Shown piece by piece: positions 20,570-29,936 of a DNA stretch of 64,000 nt. The stretch is taken from positions 1 to 64,000 of the forward strand of contig MTLP01000012.1 of the NCBI GenBank assembly GCA_002009975.1. The letters run 5' to 3'. Position 1 is the stretch's first letter. Each line of letters starts with the position of its first letter. The position numbers and the translations under genes are program-made. This DNA is from Thermococcus sp. JdFR-02 (GTDB lineage Archaea; Methanobacteriota_B; Thermococci; Thermococcales; Thermococcaceae). Under the pieces are notes generated by a model, which was not told the DNA's origin, did not search any database, and saw only the letters and a list, made by a program, of their open reading frames with translations.

Positions 20570-21721
20570 TCACTTCCTCAAAGGCTCTGGAATTGCTTTA
20601 TCCCACTGCTCTTTAGCCAATTTTCCAGTGTATTTGAACTTTTCAATTGTTTCTTTTGCTTCCTCTCTTCTTCTTTGATGCTCCTTTAGGAAAGCTTGAA
20701 CTTTTTCTATCAGATAGCGCTTACATTCACCACAAAGCAACTCTCCACTCTTACACTTGGTGTAACGTTCAAGTAATGCCTTATCGTCTGGTTCAAAGAA
20801 TATTTCAAGCCATTTAAAGACCACACACTTCTCTGGATTTCCACCTTTTTCTCTTTGCTCTTTTACAGTGGGCTGACCTCCAGTAACTGCATACTTCCAA
20901 ATCTTTTGCCTAATTTCTTCAGGAGAATCAGTTAGATAAATAGCTGTTTCAGGCTTTGAAGCACTCATTTTTCCCTCTAATCCAGTAAGGGGTGGAACAA
21001 ATTTGCTATGAATTGCCGCTGTCTTGTAGTAACCTAAGCTTTCAGCAAAATCTCTCTGGATTCTCCAATATGGATCTTGATCAATTGCCGCTGGTATTAA
21101 GCTTCTTCTTTCTTCAAAAAATGTTGGAGCAGCTTGAATTGCTGGATAAAAAATCATTCCAATTTTGCTTTGTTCAGTGAATCCAAACACTGCTTTTGCC
21201 ATTGAATAAGTAACTTTCTTTGCTATGGGAATTGCCATTTCATAAATCTTTGTAAATTCGCTGTCCTGAAATATGAAAGTCTTATCTGGATCGAAGCCTA
21301 CGGCTATGATATCCAGTATATTCTCATAAGCCCACTTTTTTGTGTCTTCAAAGGTTAGATTTGGCTTAAACAAAAATTTCTCATCATCTGTTATTTGAAC
21401 ATATAAATTAACTCCAAACTTTTCTTGGAACCATCTTGTAGCGTAGAAAGGAATTATGTGTCCAATGTGCATTGGTCCTGAAGGTCCTCTTCCAGTGTAA
21501 AGGAAGAAACCTTTCCCTTCCTCGTAGTCTTTAAGCACTAAATCGTAGTCTCTGTGAGAGAAAAAGAACTTTCTTTTTAAGTAAAATGGTAGTTCGCTTT
21601 TAGTCAGCTCCTTAGTCTTTTCCAAAAGCTCTTCTGTAAGTGGAGAAGTTCCAAATTCCTTTATTAGCTTGTCATAGTCCACTAAACCTTCAACGTCCCA
21701 TGGAGTAACCTTAAATTCCAC
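20570..21721 (-). CDS. trpS: tryptophan--tRNA ligase
   Basis: VTPW N-terminus, YTGRGPSGPMHIGH (HIGH), KMSAS; GTG at 21721 follows a GGGGTG RBS. Confidence 0.97.
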   Translation of the reverse strand: MEFKVTPWDVEGLVDYDKLIKEFGTSPLTEELLEKTKELTKSELPFYLKRKFFFSHRDYDLVLKDYEEGKGFFLYTGRGPSGPMHIGHIIPFYATRWFQEKFGVNLYVQITDDEKFLFKPNLTFEDTKKWAYENILDIIAVGFDPDKTFIFQDSEFTKIYEMAIPIAKKVTYSMAKAVFGFTEQSKIGMIFYPAIQAAPTFFEERRSLIPAAIDQDPYWRIQRDFAESLGYYKTAAIHSKFVPPLTGLEGKMSASKPETAIYLTDSPEEIRQKIWKYAVTGGQPTVKEQREKGGNPEKCVVFKWLEIFFEPDDKALLERYTKCKSGELLCGECKRYLIEKVQAFLKEHQRRREEAKETIEKFKYTGKLAKEQWDKAIPEPLRK

Positions 21722-21768
21722 CCAAAACACCCCCAGTAAAAGCTAACCCAATCAAAAGAGCACTAATT

Positions 21769-21804
21769 TCACCAAAGCCAAAAACAATCACCAAGTTTCA
21801 TCAT
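21769..21804 (-). CDS. candidate leader peptide (uORF) MMKLGDCFWLW upstream of trpS
   Basis: ATG ATG AAA CTT GGT GAT TGT TTT TGG CTT TGG TGA, about 25 nt downstream of BRE/TATA (AAAAGTTTAAAT, 21828-21839). Confidence 0.55.
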   Translation of the reverse strand: MMKLGDCFWLW

Positions 21805-21896
21805 GGGTTTAAAATGGGGAGCTCTAAATTTAAACTTTTCTATCATAATTAGAAATCAAACAATAACCAAAGCATTTCGTATAAGGTAGCATCTTC

Positions 21897-22687
21897 TTAA
21901 ATTGCAAACTCTTCAAATTCTACTCTTAAGATGTGATATTGTTTTTTATCTAAAGCATTTTTCTTAATGGGAACTAGGATCATTGTATTATACAGCTTTG
22001 CATAGTCTTTTAAACTTGTCAGAAACTTAAACACAGCATTAAAACCATTCTCAAGAATCAAATACTCTAAACCATCGAGGAGAATAAATTTTTCATCATT
22101 GGTTCTTTTCATGAATCTGATAAGTTCTTCAATTAAGAATTCCAGCCTGCGTGGATGGATACTATCAGGAGTTTCAACTTTACTTAACCATAATGAGGAG
22201 CACTCACACTCAAAAGAATGCCAGTACTCTTTTTTCGTCGGCTTATTATAATACATAAACGCCCTTTAGCCAAACTACATGCTAACTCAAGTATTTTTGG
22301 TGAGCATTCAATTAAAAAGACACCTTTCCATATTTCTCTTTCTTTTATCTCCAACATCCTCTTTTTAAAAAGTTCAGCTTTAAAGATAAACGATCGTCTT
22401 TTAATGTTATAGAGAGCAAGAAGAAGGATTCCTCCAAGGATAATAAGGTAATGCCCAAATGCTTCAATATTTAAAACGTAGCTTTTTATCACATCAAAAT
22501 CACTCAAGAAAATTAAAAGCAATCCTAAGAAAAATAGAGATATGCCTAACATGATTAAGTAGACAGTTATATGATTAAGTGCATAAAGAACTTTTCTATG
22601 CTTGTACGTTTCATATATTCCAAATGCAACAAATAAGAATAAAATGAAATCACTAACAATAACATGTGTTGGAACCATAAGCATCAC
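21897..22687 (-). pseudogene. DUF835-family membrane protein split by a -1 frameshift (pseudogene, sequencing error or programmed frameshift)
   Basis: ORF 22184-22687 (TMs + ..LCIIISRRKK) continues in the -1 frame as ..KKEYWH..LWLSKV..ILLDGLEYLILENGF (DUF835); shift at A6 run 22230-22235. Confidence 0.75.
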
Positions 22688-22773
22688 TATATACAGTACT
22701 GCAATATTTCCTTATAATGATTTTAATTAGATATTTGTCATTCTGATAATTGTATAAACATTAAAACAAATCG

Positions 22774-23511
22774 CTATAGTCTTGCCAGATAATTTCTCAA
22801 TTCTTGAGCTTTAACTGTAATTGTTTTCTCATATTCTGTAAAAATTATTGATTTAACAACTTTAAACACTATTGCTCCTTCGCTTAGCTTAATATCAAAG
22901 ACTCTGGTTGAGATCTCTCTCAATTCTTGAACTGTCTCTTCCTTGAGAAGGGAGGTATTCAAAAACATAAATGCTATCTCTTTTTTATTCCCAATATCTG
23001 GACGAATTGCTACTCCGAAAAATGTTTCTAATTGTAGTGAGTCTTTTTCATTTATCTTAAGGGCTTTTTCAAGCCCTATGATTATTCTCAAAGTAAAATC
23101 CGCTTGGATTTCTCTAATTATCTTATCGTACTGCTTCTTCCAAATTGGAATATCCTGAAGCAAGTCAATTTTGCCAATTACATTACCAACATTTATGATG
23201 CCTCCAAGCTTTATCACTTGAACGTTGTCAATTATCTCCGTATCTATTCCTATTAACTCAAGATGCGTTTTGAAGATGTGAAGCTGATCCAAAGTATCCA
23301 CTATTATTGTAGGAATGTTATTTTGCTTTGCATACCTTAAAAGTAGATAGAATATTAAATGTATAGGTTCGTCAGGAGTATATTCAATGAGAATACTTTC
23401 TCCATTACAAATCGTTTCAAAATAATCAAACAGGGAAGTCTCAAATTTTTTGCTCATCCTATATCCCCCATTTTCTGTAAAAATGATAAATTTAAGAATT
23501 TGTTGGTACAT
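22774..23511 (-). CDS. DUF257-family protein (RecA/KaiC-like fold, Thermococcales)
   Basis: GESILIEYT, IIVDTLDQLH, VQVIKLGG..VGNVI, LREISTRV; likely start ~23457. Confidence 0.8.
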   Translation of the reverse strand: MYQQILKFIIFTENGGYRMSKKFETSLFDYFETICNGESILIEYTPDEPIHLIFYLLLRYAKQNNIPTIIVDTLDQLHIFKTHLELIGIDTEIIDNVQVIKLGGIINVGNVIGKIDLLQDIPIWKKQYDKIIREIQADFTLRIIIGLEKALKINEKDSLQLETFFGVAIRPDIGNKKEIAFMFLNTSLLKEETVQELREISTRVFDIKLSEGAIVFKVVKSIIFTEYEKTITVKAQELRNYLARL

Positions 23512-23578
23512 CTTTGAAAGTCACAGCAGGTGCAAATTTCAAAAAGATTTTTAACCTAAAACGATATGTTAAATTAAG

Positions 23579-24043
23579 GTGTTTAAAATGAAGAGCTTTC
23601 TTACAGAGCAGCAAATTAGGATTTTACAGCTCAGAGCAAAGGGATTAAAGCAGAGTGAAATCGCAGAAATTTTGGGGACTAGTCGGGCAAATATAAGCAT
23701 TTTAGAGCATAGAGCTTTAGAAAAAATCGAAAAAGCCAAGAATACACTTTTAATCTGGGAACAGATAAACTCAAAGATTAGTGTTGAGGTTAAAAAAGGA
23801 GAGGATCTTTTTAATGTTCCTGAAAAGCTCTTTAAAAAAGCTGATGAGATTGGAATTAAAGTACCATACAGCACAGCGGAAATAATAGCTTTTTTAGTTG
23901 AAAATGCTCCAGTAGAAGATAGAATTATAAAAAGAGAGTTCACACTGTTTCTTGATAAACATGATCGCTTGAGAGTCAGCGAATGCTTAATTGAGAAGTT
24001 TAATGAGAAAGGGCAAGATAAGGGAAGTGAAAATACCATTTAA
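23579..24043 (+). CDS. tfx: Tfx-family DNA-binding protein
   Basis: SFLTEQQIRILQLRAKGLKQSEIAEILGTSRANISILEHRALEKIEKAKNTL. Confidence 0.88.
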   Translation: MFKMKSFLTEQQIRILQLRAKGLKQSEIAEILGTSRANISILEHRALEKIEKAKNTLLIWEQINSKISVEVKKGEDLFNVPEKLFKKADEIGIKVPYSTAEIIAFLVENAPVEDRIIKREFTLFLDKHDRLRVSECLIEKFNEKGQDKGSENTI

Positions 24044-24661
24044 AGCCATTGCTAGCCCACTAACTGCTCCACTTAGCTCATCATCCAAAATTATTCTTGC
24101 AGTGCCTAATCCATGAGAAGTTACTCCCATAGCCAATCCCCTTGCAACTCTATCTTTCACCTTTGCTAAATTTAAAATCTCAACCCCGATTGCATTACCA
24201 AAGATTCCAGTCAAAATTACTAAAACAGCGGTTAATGCTGGAATTCCGCCAATTTTTTCGCTAACTCCAATTGCTATAGCCGTTGTAATGCTTTTTGGTG
24301 CTATGCTTAGCAAAACCTCTTTGCTACCGCCTAAAGCTTTTACAATGTAAAAAGCGCTTAAAATAGCCATTAAACCTCCAACTGTTATTCCAACCAAGAT
24401 TTGCCTTGAATAGGCTTCAATTATCTTTCTTTGCTTATAAAGGGGAATAGCCAAGCTCACAACAGCAGGACCCAAGAGAAAGCTTAAAATCCTCGCACTT
24501 TCCATGTATGCATCATAACTAATTTTAAATCCTTTTAAGATGAGTGAAATTGTGATTATTGAAAGCAGGACAGGATTTAAGTAAAAAACCCTTCTCTTCT
24601 CATAAAGTTTCATAAAAATGTAATAAACAAAAAGCGTTGCAAAGATGCCAAAACTTTTCAT
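23987..24661 (-). CDS. CidB/LrgB family membrane protein
   Basis: LLGPAVVSLAIPLY, APKSITTAIA, GLAMGVTSHGLGT. Confidence 0.92.
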   Translation of the reverse strand: MKSFGIFATLFVYYIFMKLYEKRRVFYLNPVLLSIITISLILKGFKISYDAYMESARILSFLLGPAVVSLAIPLYKQRKIIEAYSRQILVGITVGGLMAILSAFYIVKALGGSKEVLLSIAPKSITTAIAIGVSEKIGGIPALTAVLVILTGIFGNAIGVEILNLAKVKDRVARGLAMGVTSHGLGTARIILDDELSGAVSGLAMALNGIFTSLILPFLIKLLN

Positions 24662-24987
24662 TTCAGCACCTCCACTAATTTAGCTGTTAATATTATCGTC
24701 ACAAAGAAACTTATTATCAATGCACCAAAAATAGGTAAAGCTTGTGCTTTAATCAGCCCCCAATAGAGAACTATGCCAACGCCTGGGGGGATAAACATTA
24801 TGCTCATGTTTTTAACTAGGAGCTCTGCCTCTCTCTCAACTTCTTCTAATCTCACAACTTTGAAAATAAGGGCAAAAGTTAGCAAAATCATCCCAACGAC
24901 ATTTCCCGGAATTGGAAGGTTAAATAGCTCAACAAGGACTTCCCCTAAAAATAGGAAACCAAAGATTATAACTAGCCCTTTATACAT
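24658..24987 (-). CDS. CidA/LrgA family holin-like protein
   Basis: PIPGNVVGMILL, FIPPGVG; coupled to LrgB. Confidence 0.92.
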   Translation of the reverse strand: MYKGLVIIFGFLFLGEVLVELFNLPIPGNVVGMILLTFALIFKVVRLEEVEREAELLVKNMSIMFIPPGVGIVLYWGLIKAQALPIFGALIISFFVTIILTAKLVEVLK

Positions 24988-25028
24988 GGCACCCCCAATA
25001 AGGAAATTAAAAAAAGAGGTATAAAAAG

Positions 25029-25322
25029 CTAAGCTTCACTCTCAGGTAATTCTCTGTAGTTCACACTCATCTGAACTAGCTCTTCAAGAGTTAACGGTTC
25101 TTCTCGAATTACTTCAACGCCATAAGGTTCAAGCATCTTCAATAGCTCTTCTTTTGGCAGCTTTTGTTCATCAAAAACCACAAAGCCTCTTTTTGCATAG
25201 CCGTTAATGAAAACCCTGTAAATTGCTATATTCAAGCTCAGCTCATACTGTAAATTCATTGCGTCAACTGGATTAATTCCATTGAGCTTAAAGGTTAGCT
25301 TCAGCATTTTTACCCACCTCAT
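25029..25322 (-). CDS. DUF3213-like small protein
   Basis: QYELS..IYRVFINGYAKRG motif; overlaps tes stop. Confidence 0.7.
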   Translation of the reverse strand: MRWVKMLKLTFKLNGINPVDAMNLQYELSLNIAIYRVFINGYAKRGFVVFDEQKLPKEELLKMLEPYGVEVIREEPLTLEELVQMSVNYRELPESEA

Positions 25323-28300
25323 TCAAAGTAGTTTTTGATATCAATGTAAGTCTTCCTGTAAAGTTCACTCTTTTTCATCCACTCAACAAATTCCCTCGTT
25401 CTAACGTATTTATCCTTCTTGTAATCCCATTCTGGATGCAAAGCTTTCCACTCTTCCCATGAGTAGCTAAATTGTGCCTGCACTTTATCCCTGTAAAGCT
25501 CTGGAATTACGTTAAACGTACAGAATGGCACTATCCTTCCGTCAGGCAGTGCATAATGGATAACACAGCGTTCTACTCTTTCAATATCATAGTTGTACTC
25601 ATCCATAAAGTGCATCATTCCAAGGAATAACGTCTTTGTGTGGAATTCGCCCAAAGCATCGTAAGTACCATGAGCAAATGCATGCTTCATAACCTCTAAT
25701 ACATCAAAGCTCTTTGGAGCGTATTTTTCATCATAAAAGCTCTTGAATTTGAGGAAAATCTCTGCACCTATCTTTGCCTTAGCTAATCTACTTAAATGTT
25801 TCCAATTCTCTAACTCTTCTGCTTTTTCTCCCAAGAACTCTACAAATCCCTCTACATCCAAAAATCTTGATATTGGAATTACTCTATCTCCATCTAAAAA
25901 GACGTAGGTCGCTGCACCACAGCTAAAGTGGGATGTCATATAATACCTCTTTTCGGTGAACATCTCAAAGAATTTCGCTATATGCCCAGCAATTGGAATT
26001 GGATACCAATCTTCCTTAGCTATTGCACCATTAGTTTGCTCCTCAATTTTCTTTATAGCTCCAGGGACTGTAATTCTAAACCTCTGTCTCTCCTTCTTTG
26101 GAACTCTCCCAACCAAAGATATAGGCTGAAAGTTCACTCCCCTCACAATATCGAGATGGTTTAATCCAAAGTTTATCATTGCTCCAAGTTCGTGGTCATT
26201 TACGTTTCTAATCGTTGTTGGGACCAAAACTATCCCTGGACCACCTGCTTTTCTAATGTTCTCAAAGATTAAGGGAATTTCCCAATGGTTTTTCCAATTG
26301 GTTTGGGGCGTCATTCCATCAAAGCTTAAGTAAAAAGTATTTACTCCTGCTTTTTTGAGTTCTTTAACGAACTCCGGCTCAAAGGCTAGCCTAATTCCGT
26401 CTGTGTTTAATTGTATGTGGTCATATCCCTCTTCCCTAGCCACCTTAATTATCTCAATTAGATCATCTCTTAAAGTTGGTTCTCCACCAGTAAACTGCAC
26501 CGCGTTAGCTCCTATCTCCTTCTCATGCTTTGCGTTTCTTAACATCATCCTAATTTGCTCTAAGGTTGGTTCATATATGGGCTGTCCCTCTTTAGCGTAA
26601 AAGAAGCAATTGCTCACCAAAATTCCATCTGCAACAATGAACGAATGGCTTTCATCTTCAACTTCAATATCGTATACATATCCCCTGTATTCTTCCTTTT
26701 CTATGTGCTCAATTACGTCAATGTAGAAACTCCCAACTTTTTCGATTTTTGAATCTTTCCTGTTTCCAATATCTCCTAACTTATTTTTATGTCCCTCTCT
26801 GAGATCGAGCATTTCAATAAGCTTGACCATGTCATTCCCAGCTATGTAAAGCTTATACAAGTCATGGTTTGCTCCCTTCATCTTTTCTTTTTTTACCGTG
26901 TAAACTCTTGCGAATATTCCAAGAGATGCCAACAGATACAAAATTTCTCTTATCAATCCCTTTGAAACACTTGCATAACCAATGTTCAAATGCCTCTCTC
27001 CTTTAACAACATACCCATCACCATTGAAAAGTCCGCTGAGAAGGGCTACTTTAGCTTCCAGTGGAAAGTCCAAGAAATTCCTTGGGAGTCTCTTATTTTT
27101 AGCTTTCTCTGGGATCTGGAAGACATATTTAAACACGAGTCTCATTAATCTGCTTCCAATAACTATCTGTTTCGTTTTTCCCTCCCATTTAAGGAAACTA
27201 TACGGAATGCCAAGATTCTCAAGAATATTTACAATCTCTTTTTCAACATCTTCGTGCGAAACCGTAATCCTCAAATCTTTCGTTGTATAGTGTCCATCTG
27301 CTATGAAATAACCGATAAGTTTTGCTAGTTCTGGAGTTATCTTGAGCTTTGAGGGCAACGTATGCTTGGTAGCATCTCTTCCAAGTTCAAAATTACCCCC
27401 AGCATTGAGCTCATAAAAAGCTTTTAGAGGCATGGAGTCTTGATACTTCCAATGATATACCTTCTCCCCATACTTATCCTTGAGCTGTGATAGATCAAGA
27501 TCTTTTATACCCCTCACATAGATTTTTTCCTTTTCTTCCTCTGGAAGGTGTTTAAATGCTTCTAGAAGGTCTATTTCATCTAAAACATTCTCGTGTGTAA
27601 AATTCCAAAGCAGAATAAGCTCATCACCCTCTTTAAGCTCATCAGCAGGCTTCTTAATTATCCCTTCTTCTGTGTAAATGAAAACCTTGTGTTCTGGTGT
27701 GGTTCTAAGTTCTCTCCCTGTTTTGGTCCTAATTTTAATGATTTCTCCTCTATGAATTCTTCTTAAGAACTTTGTAACTTTAGTCCATTTTGCGGTTCCG
27801 TTTTTGAATGTTAGAACATATAAATTCTGGGGAAACGAGTATTCTCCGTTAAAGCCATCAATTTTGACTTTGTGCTCAAAATTAAATAACCTTGCTACTT
27901 CCTCGAACTTAGCAAGCTTAGTTTTATCTCCAAACTTAAAGAGTGCCTCTTCATCCTTGGGGAAGCAATACCAACAGCTTAAATTACACCTATTCGTTAA
28001 AACAATGTTCAAGAGGCTTGTATGGGATAGATGCCTTGCACACAATCCACAATCAAATGGACAGTTTAAACCACTATTCTCCACATTAAAACTAAGCAAC
28101 TTCTTCTCTGTAAATCTCCACTTTTTGAAGTGCTTATACATTTCAACATCTTCGTAATACAAATCTGTAATTATGCTCTCAGGGCACTTTTTGCTTATCC
28201 ACACTTTTCCATCTTTCTCCCAAATAACAGCTGGGACGACCTTTCTCGTCTCTGGGCATAAAGAGTACGTTCTGTGTGGTAACGAAGTCCCATAACCTCT

Positions 28301-28441
28301 GTTTGAATTTTTAAGCAACTCATGGAACTCTTCTTCACTAATTTCAGGAAATTCAATGATATCACGAACCTTACGAGTTAACTGCTCAAACTCCTTCTCG
28401 CCACTTGGAACCTCTCCCACCGTCTCTGCCATCACTACCAC
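25319..28441 (-). CDS. tes: radical SAM tetraether (GDGT) lipid synthase Tes, intein-containing precursor
   Basis: TYSLCP, CPFDCGLC..H, TNRCNLSCWY[intein]CFF, QFTGGEPT, FQPISLVGR, RCVIHY..DGRIVPFC as in MJ0619/Tes. Confidence 0.88.
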   Translation of the reverse strand: MVVMAETVGEVPSGEKEFEQLTRKVRDIIEFPEISEEEFHELLKNSNRGYGTSLPHRTYSLCPETRKVVPAVIWEKDGKVWISKKCPESIITDLYYEDVEMYKHFKKWRFTEKKLLSFNVENSGLNCPFDCGLCARHLSHTSLLNIVLTNRCNLSCWYCFPKDEEALFKFGDKTKLAKFEEVARLFNFEHKVKIDGFNGEYSFPQNLYVLTFKNGTAKWTKVTKFLRRIHRGEIIKIRTKTGRELRTTPEHKVFIYTEEGIIKKPADELKEGDELILLWNFTHENVLDEIDLLEAFKHLPEEEKEKIYVRGIKDLDLSQLKDKYGEKVYHWKYQDSMPLKAFYELNAGGNFELGRDATKHTLPSKLKITPELAKLIGYFIADGHYTTKDLRITVSHEDVEKEIVNILENLGIPYSFLKWEGKTKQIVIGSRLMRLVFKYVFQIPEKAKNKRLPRNFLDFPLEAKVALLSGLFNGDGYVVKGERHLNIGYASVSKGLIREILYLLASLGIFARVYTVKKEKMKGANHDLYKLYIAGNDMVKLIEMLDLREGHKNKLGDIGNRKDSKIEKVGSFYIDVIEHIEKEEYRGYVYDIEVEDESHSFIVADGILVSNCFFYAKEGQPIYEPTLEQIRMMLRNAKHEKEIGANAVQFTGGEPTLRDDLIEIIKVAREEGYDHIQLNTDGIRLAFEPEFVKELKKAGVNTFYLSFDGMTPQTNWKNHWEIPLIFENIRKAGGPGIVLVPTTIRNVNDHELGAMINFGLNHLDIVRGVNFQPISLVGRVPKKERQRFRITVPGAIKKIEEQTNGAIAKEDWYPIPIAGHIAKFFEMFTEKRYYMTSHFSCGAATYVFLDGDRVIPISRFLDVEGFVEFLGEKAEELENWKHLSRLAKAKIGAEIFLKFKSFYDEKYAPKSFDVLEVMKHAFAHGTYDALGEFHTKTLFLGMMHFMDEYNYDIERVERCVIHYALPDGRIVPFCTFNVIPELYRDKVQAQFSYSWEEWKALHPEWDYKKDKYVRTREFVEWMKKSELYRKTYIDIKNYFE
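26609..27967 (-). mobile_element. intein (453 aa, 'MoaA'-type site) with LAGLIDADG homing endonuclease
   Basis: Cys1 CFPKDE, block B TTPEH, LIGYFIADG and LSGLFNGDG, ends VYDIEV..SHSF..ILVSN before Cys+1. Confidence 0.93.
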
Positions 28442-28562
28442 CTCTGTCTATTGAATTACCCGAAAAGGTATAAAAACTTTTGCGTAAATATGAAAGTTTA
28501 TCTTCATAGTGCTAAAGTTAGTGTTAAATACACAAAGCATGTTAAAGCTATGGGGTGGTAGC

Positions 28563-28952
28563 ATGCCAGCGAGAGAAATGAGAATGGAAATGTTTCTTAG
28601 AGCTTTAATGAGAAGAGATTTTGACAAAGCTCGCGTTCATTTGGAAAAGCTAAATAAGATTGTTGGTAAAGATGAATGGGGGAGGGGTTACAGCAAGGCT
28701 ATAGCTGGTTTTATCAGTGCTTTAAATGATAATGAAACAGATTCCCTAATTGTTAAACTAATTACTGAGTTCAATAGAGAGAAAGCAAAGGAATTGTTAG
28801 AGCATTTTGAAAATGTCTTAGCCCATGAATTTAGGGACGAGTATGAAAAAGGTTATTATACAGCTTGGAAAGAGTTGCTAACTGCATATCTCGCTCAAAA
28901 AACGTTAGAGGGTGTAAGAGGTGGGCAAAGAAGAACAATTAAGAAAGCTTGA
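28563..28952 (+). CDS. conserved hypothetical helical protein
   Basis: ATG 28563 after GGGGTGG RBS; two internal DEW/DEY..GY repeats; overlaps udg. Confidence 0.75.
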   Translation: MPAREMRMEMFLRALMRRDFDKARVHLEKLNKIVGKDEWGRGYSKAIAGFISALNDNETDSLIVKLITEFNREKAKELLEHFENVLAHEFRDEYEKGYYTAWKELLTAYLAQKTLEGVRGGQRRTIKKA

Positions 28953-29508
28953 AGAAAAAATTAAAAAATGTCAAAAATGCTCTTTAGGAAAACTAAGAAC
29001 CAATGCTGTTCCTGGAAGTGGTAGTTACAACTCTAAAATCATGTTCGTTGGAGAAGCTCCGGGGTATTGGGAAGATCAAAAAGGATTACCATTTGTAGGT
29101 AGGGCTGGGAAGATTCTAGATGAAATGCTGAAAGGAATTGGATTAAAGAGGGAAGAGGTTTATATAACAAACATTGTTAAGTGCCGTCCCCCAGAAAATA
29201 GAGACCCTTATGAAGAGGAAATAAAAGCCTGCAGCTCTTATTTGGATTTACAGATAGATTTAATCAGACCTAAGATAATCATTCCCTTAGGAAGACATTC
29301 CATGAGATACATTCTGGAGAAGTTTGGATTTAATGTAGAGCCAATAAGCAGAGTACATGGGAAAACATTTGAAGCAAGAACCCTATTTGGAAAAATATAC
29401 ATAATGCCCATGTATCATCCAGCTGTGGTGTTATATAGACCCCAGTTAAAGGAAGAAGTTCAGGAAGATTTTAAAAAGCTCAAGAAGCTTTTAGACGAGC
29501 TTAGTTAA
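28921..29508 (+). CDS. udg: family 4 uracil-DNA glycosylase (Fe-S)
   Basis: CQKC, GEAPG, FVGRAG, NIVKCRPPENRDP, YHPA. Confidence 0.95.
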   Translation: MGKEEQLRKLEEKIKKCQKCSLGKLRTNAVPGSGSYNSKIMFVGEAPGYWEDQKGLPFVGRAGKILDEMLKGIGLKREEVYITNIVKCRPPENRDPYEEEIKACSSYLDLQIDLIRPKIIIPLGRHSMRYILEKFGFNVEPISRVHGKTFEARTLFGKIYIMPMYHPAVVLYRPQLKEEVQEDFKKLKKLLDELS

Positions 29509-29936
29509 ACTATTTTGTTTACTCTTTTGTCAGTTTTTGATATTGATTTTTGTAATATTTTCATGTTTTCGCCAGTTTATTGGATCATTATTCTTAATAT
29601 TAGTACTATTTTGAAAAATGTTTCATCGAACTGAATACTCTTTTGGATTGAATTTCTTTTCTCTAAGTTTTTTCGACTTTCGCCGACTTTTATGTAGCTT
29701 TTTAGAGAAAGGTTTTTATGGTTTGAGGGCATTAGTGTTCTTGATAGTTCATCACAACACAACCGAGTTCAAAGGCACATGTCAGAGACCAAAAGAAAGC
29801 TCGACATAAATTTTGATTTAGTAATTAAACTTCGAAAATAAACAAAATGACAGAAAAATTTCCGAAAGAGTTATATATTAATTGAACTCCCCAAAACTGC
29901 TGGATATCGAAGATGTTGGTTTGGAGGTGTTGAATA

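Noticed and set aside
23510-23548. Imperfect inverted repeat between the DUF257 gene and tfx
   Set aside because: AT-rich, imperfect and single-copy; insufficient support for an operator or RNA call.
27056-27067. TTCCAGTGGAAA ORB-like match in the Tes intein (similar partial match near 38799)
   Set aside because: Isolated, far from oriC, no G-string; explained by codons for F-P-L-E / C-P-L-E on the coding strand.
29577-29809. Short ORFs in the udg-NhaC spacer
   Set aside because: No RBS and atypical composition; more likely regulatory DNA.
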